Source: Fimicolochytrium jonesii
Lineage: Eukaryota
NCBI RefSeq assembly: GCF_025526975.1
Contig: NW_026515700.1
Span: 307,041-327,040 of the forward strand
Direction: 5' to 3'
Length of the DNA: 20,000 nucleotides
Shown one piece after another: positions 18,887 through 20,000 of this stretch. Below the pieces are notes generated by a model. That model was not told the DNA's origin and did no database searches. It saw only the letters and a program-made list of their open reading frames with translations. Each line of letters begins with the position of its first letter. Position 1 is the stretch's first letter. The translations under genes were made by a program, and so were the position numbers.

Positions 18887-20000
18887 GGTTAGGGTTAGGG
18901 TTAGGGTTAGGGTTAGGGTTAGGGTTAGGGTTAGGGTTAGGGTTAGGGTTAGGGTTAGGGTTAGGGTTACAGGACTGTTCCCGGTTATGGGTTATTTTTG
19001 GCCATCCAAAAAGTGTCATATAAAGTTGCTAGCAATGTTCAGGGGCATCTTACTGTAATGTGCTTCAAGTTTTGGGGCATGTTTTCCACTCAATGCCCCG
19101 GGAAAATCTGTTTTTCCGATTTTTGACTATGAAAATATTGCCAAAATGCATTTTCTGAAACTCTGAGTGGATGGATTTCGCTTAAAGTGGAATATGTCTC
19201 AGAAAACATCCCCAAAAACATCTAGGAACCTTCATCTACTCTAGTATTCATCAACTCCTGGCACTTTTTGTTTCCAGGCAATATGGGGGTGTTCTCCAGT
19301 TGGTGGCGAATGACTCATTTTGGTTTGCTCTCAATTTGCTACATGTTCAAGGGTTAGGGTTAGGGTTAGGGTTTTAGGGTTAGGGTTAGGGTTAGGGTTA
19401 GGGTTAGGGTTAGGGTTAGGGTTAGGGTTAGGGTTAGGGTTAGGGTTAGGGTTAGGGTTAGGGTTAGGGTTAGGGTTAGGGTTAGGGTTAGGGTTAGGGT
19501 TAGGGTTAGGGTTAGGGTTAGGGTTAGGGTTAGGGTTACAGGACTGTTCCCGGTTATGGGTTATTTTTGGCCATCCAAAAAGTGTCATATAAAGTTGCTA
19601 GCAATGTTCAGGGGCATCTTACTGTAATGTGCTTCAAGTTTTGGGGCATGTTTTCCACTCAATGCCCCGGGAAAATCTGTTTTTCCGATTTTTGACTATG
19701 AAAATATTGCCAAAATGCATTTTCTGAAACTCTGAGTGGATGGATTTCGCTTAAAGTGGAATATGTCTCAGAAAACATCCCCAAAAACATCTAGGAACCT
19801 TCATCTACTCTAGTATTCATCAACTCCTGCACTTTTTGTTTCCAGGCAATATGGGGGTGTTCTCCAGTTGGTGGCGAATGACTCATTTTGGTTTGCTCTC
19901 AATTTGCTACATGTTCAAGGTTAGTTAGGGTTAGGGTTAGGGTTAGGTTAGGGTTAGGGTTAGGGTTAGGTTAGGGTTAGGGTTAGGGTTAGGGTTAGGG
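18184..20000 (+). repeat. Composite telomeric array: (TTAGGG)n tracts alternating with a ~380-bp spacer
   Basis: Tracts: 18184-18393, 18774-18969, 19350-19538, 19918-20000 (open at the window edge). Spacers: 18394-18773 (380 bp), 18970-19349 (380 bp), 19539-19917 (379 bp). The G-rich strand is on +, consistent with the chromosome end lying to the right. Confidence 0.97.

Noticed and set aside
18744..19592. ORFs encoding (VR)n, (LG)n and (NP)n
   Set aside because: Translations of TTAGGG/CCCTAA repeats; no evidence of real genes.
17856..20000. CRISPR-like repeat/spacer look of the 47-bp repeats and the terminal array
   Set aside because: The 47-mers are contiguous with no unique spacers, the 380-bp units are identical, there are no cas genes and the context is eukaryotic.
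13096..20000. Telomere-linked RecQ helicase or telomeric retrotransposon
   Set aside because: No helicase, reverse transcriptase or endonuclease motifs seen in any frame.
19918..20000. Variant repeats (TTAG, TTAGG) in the last tract as biological variants
   Set aside because: They are G deletions in homopolymers at the window edge, as is the missing G in spacer 3, so sequencing error is as likely as biology.

Overview
Eukaryotic, intron-rich, most likely fungal DNA running into a right-hand chromosome end. Evidence: short GT..AG introns with CTRAC-type branch sites and TTAGGG telomere repeats. An early-diverging or zoosporic fungus is plausible, but that is inference. Left to right: (1) a 3'-truncated iron-containing alcohol dehydrogenase-family gene (minus); (2) a poorly resolved, probably degenerate stretch; (3) tRNA-Gln(CUG); (4) a hand-spliced 22-exon, 1423-aa minus-strand gene fusing signal peptide, animal-type heme peroxidase, DOMON, cytochrome b561, cytochrome b5 and FAD/NAD(P)H reductase domains, with all heme ligands retained; (5) a divergent, frameshifted GH28 rhamnogalacturonase-like gene with a long Ser/Thr/Pro stalk; (6) a Gly/Met-rich low-complexity protein; (7) a GATA-like zinc-finger ORF cut off by a subtelomeric unit; (8) a terminal array of near-identical ~380-bp spacers alternating with ~190-210-bp TTAGGG tracts. 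The two best leads are the peroxidase fusion, which looks like a self-contained trans-membrane redox chain (DUOX-analogous but built from different parts), and the composite telomere array. All gene models were built by eye; no searches were run.
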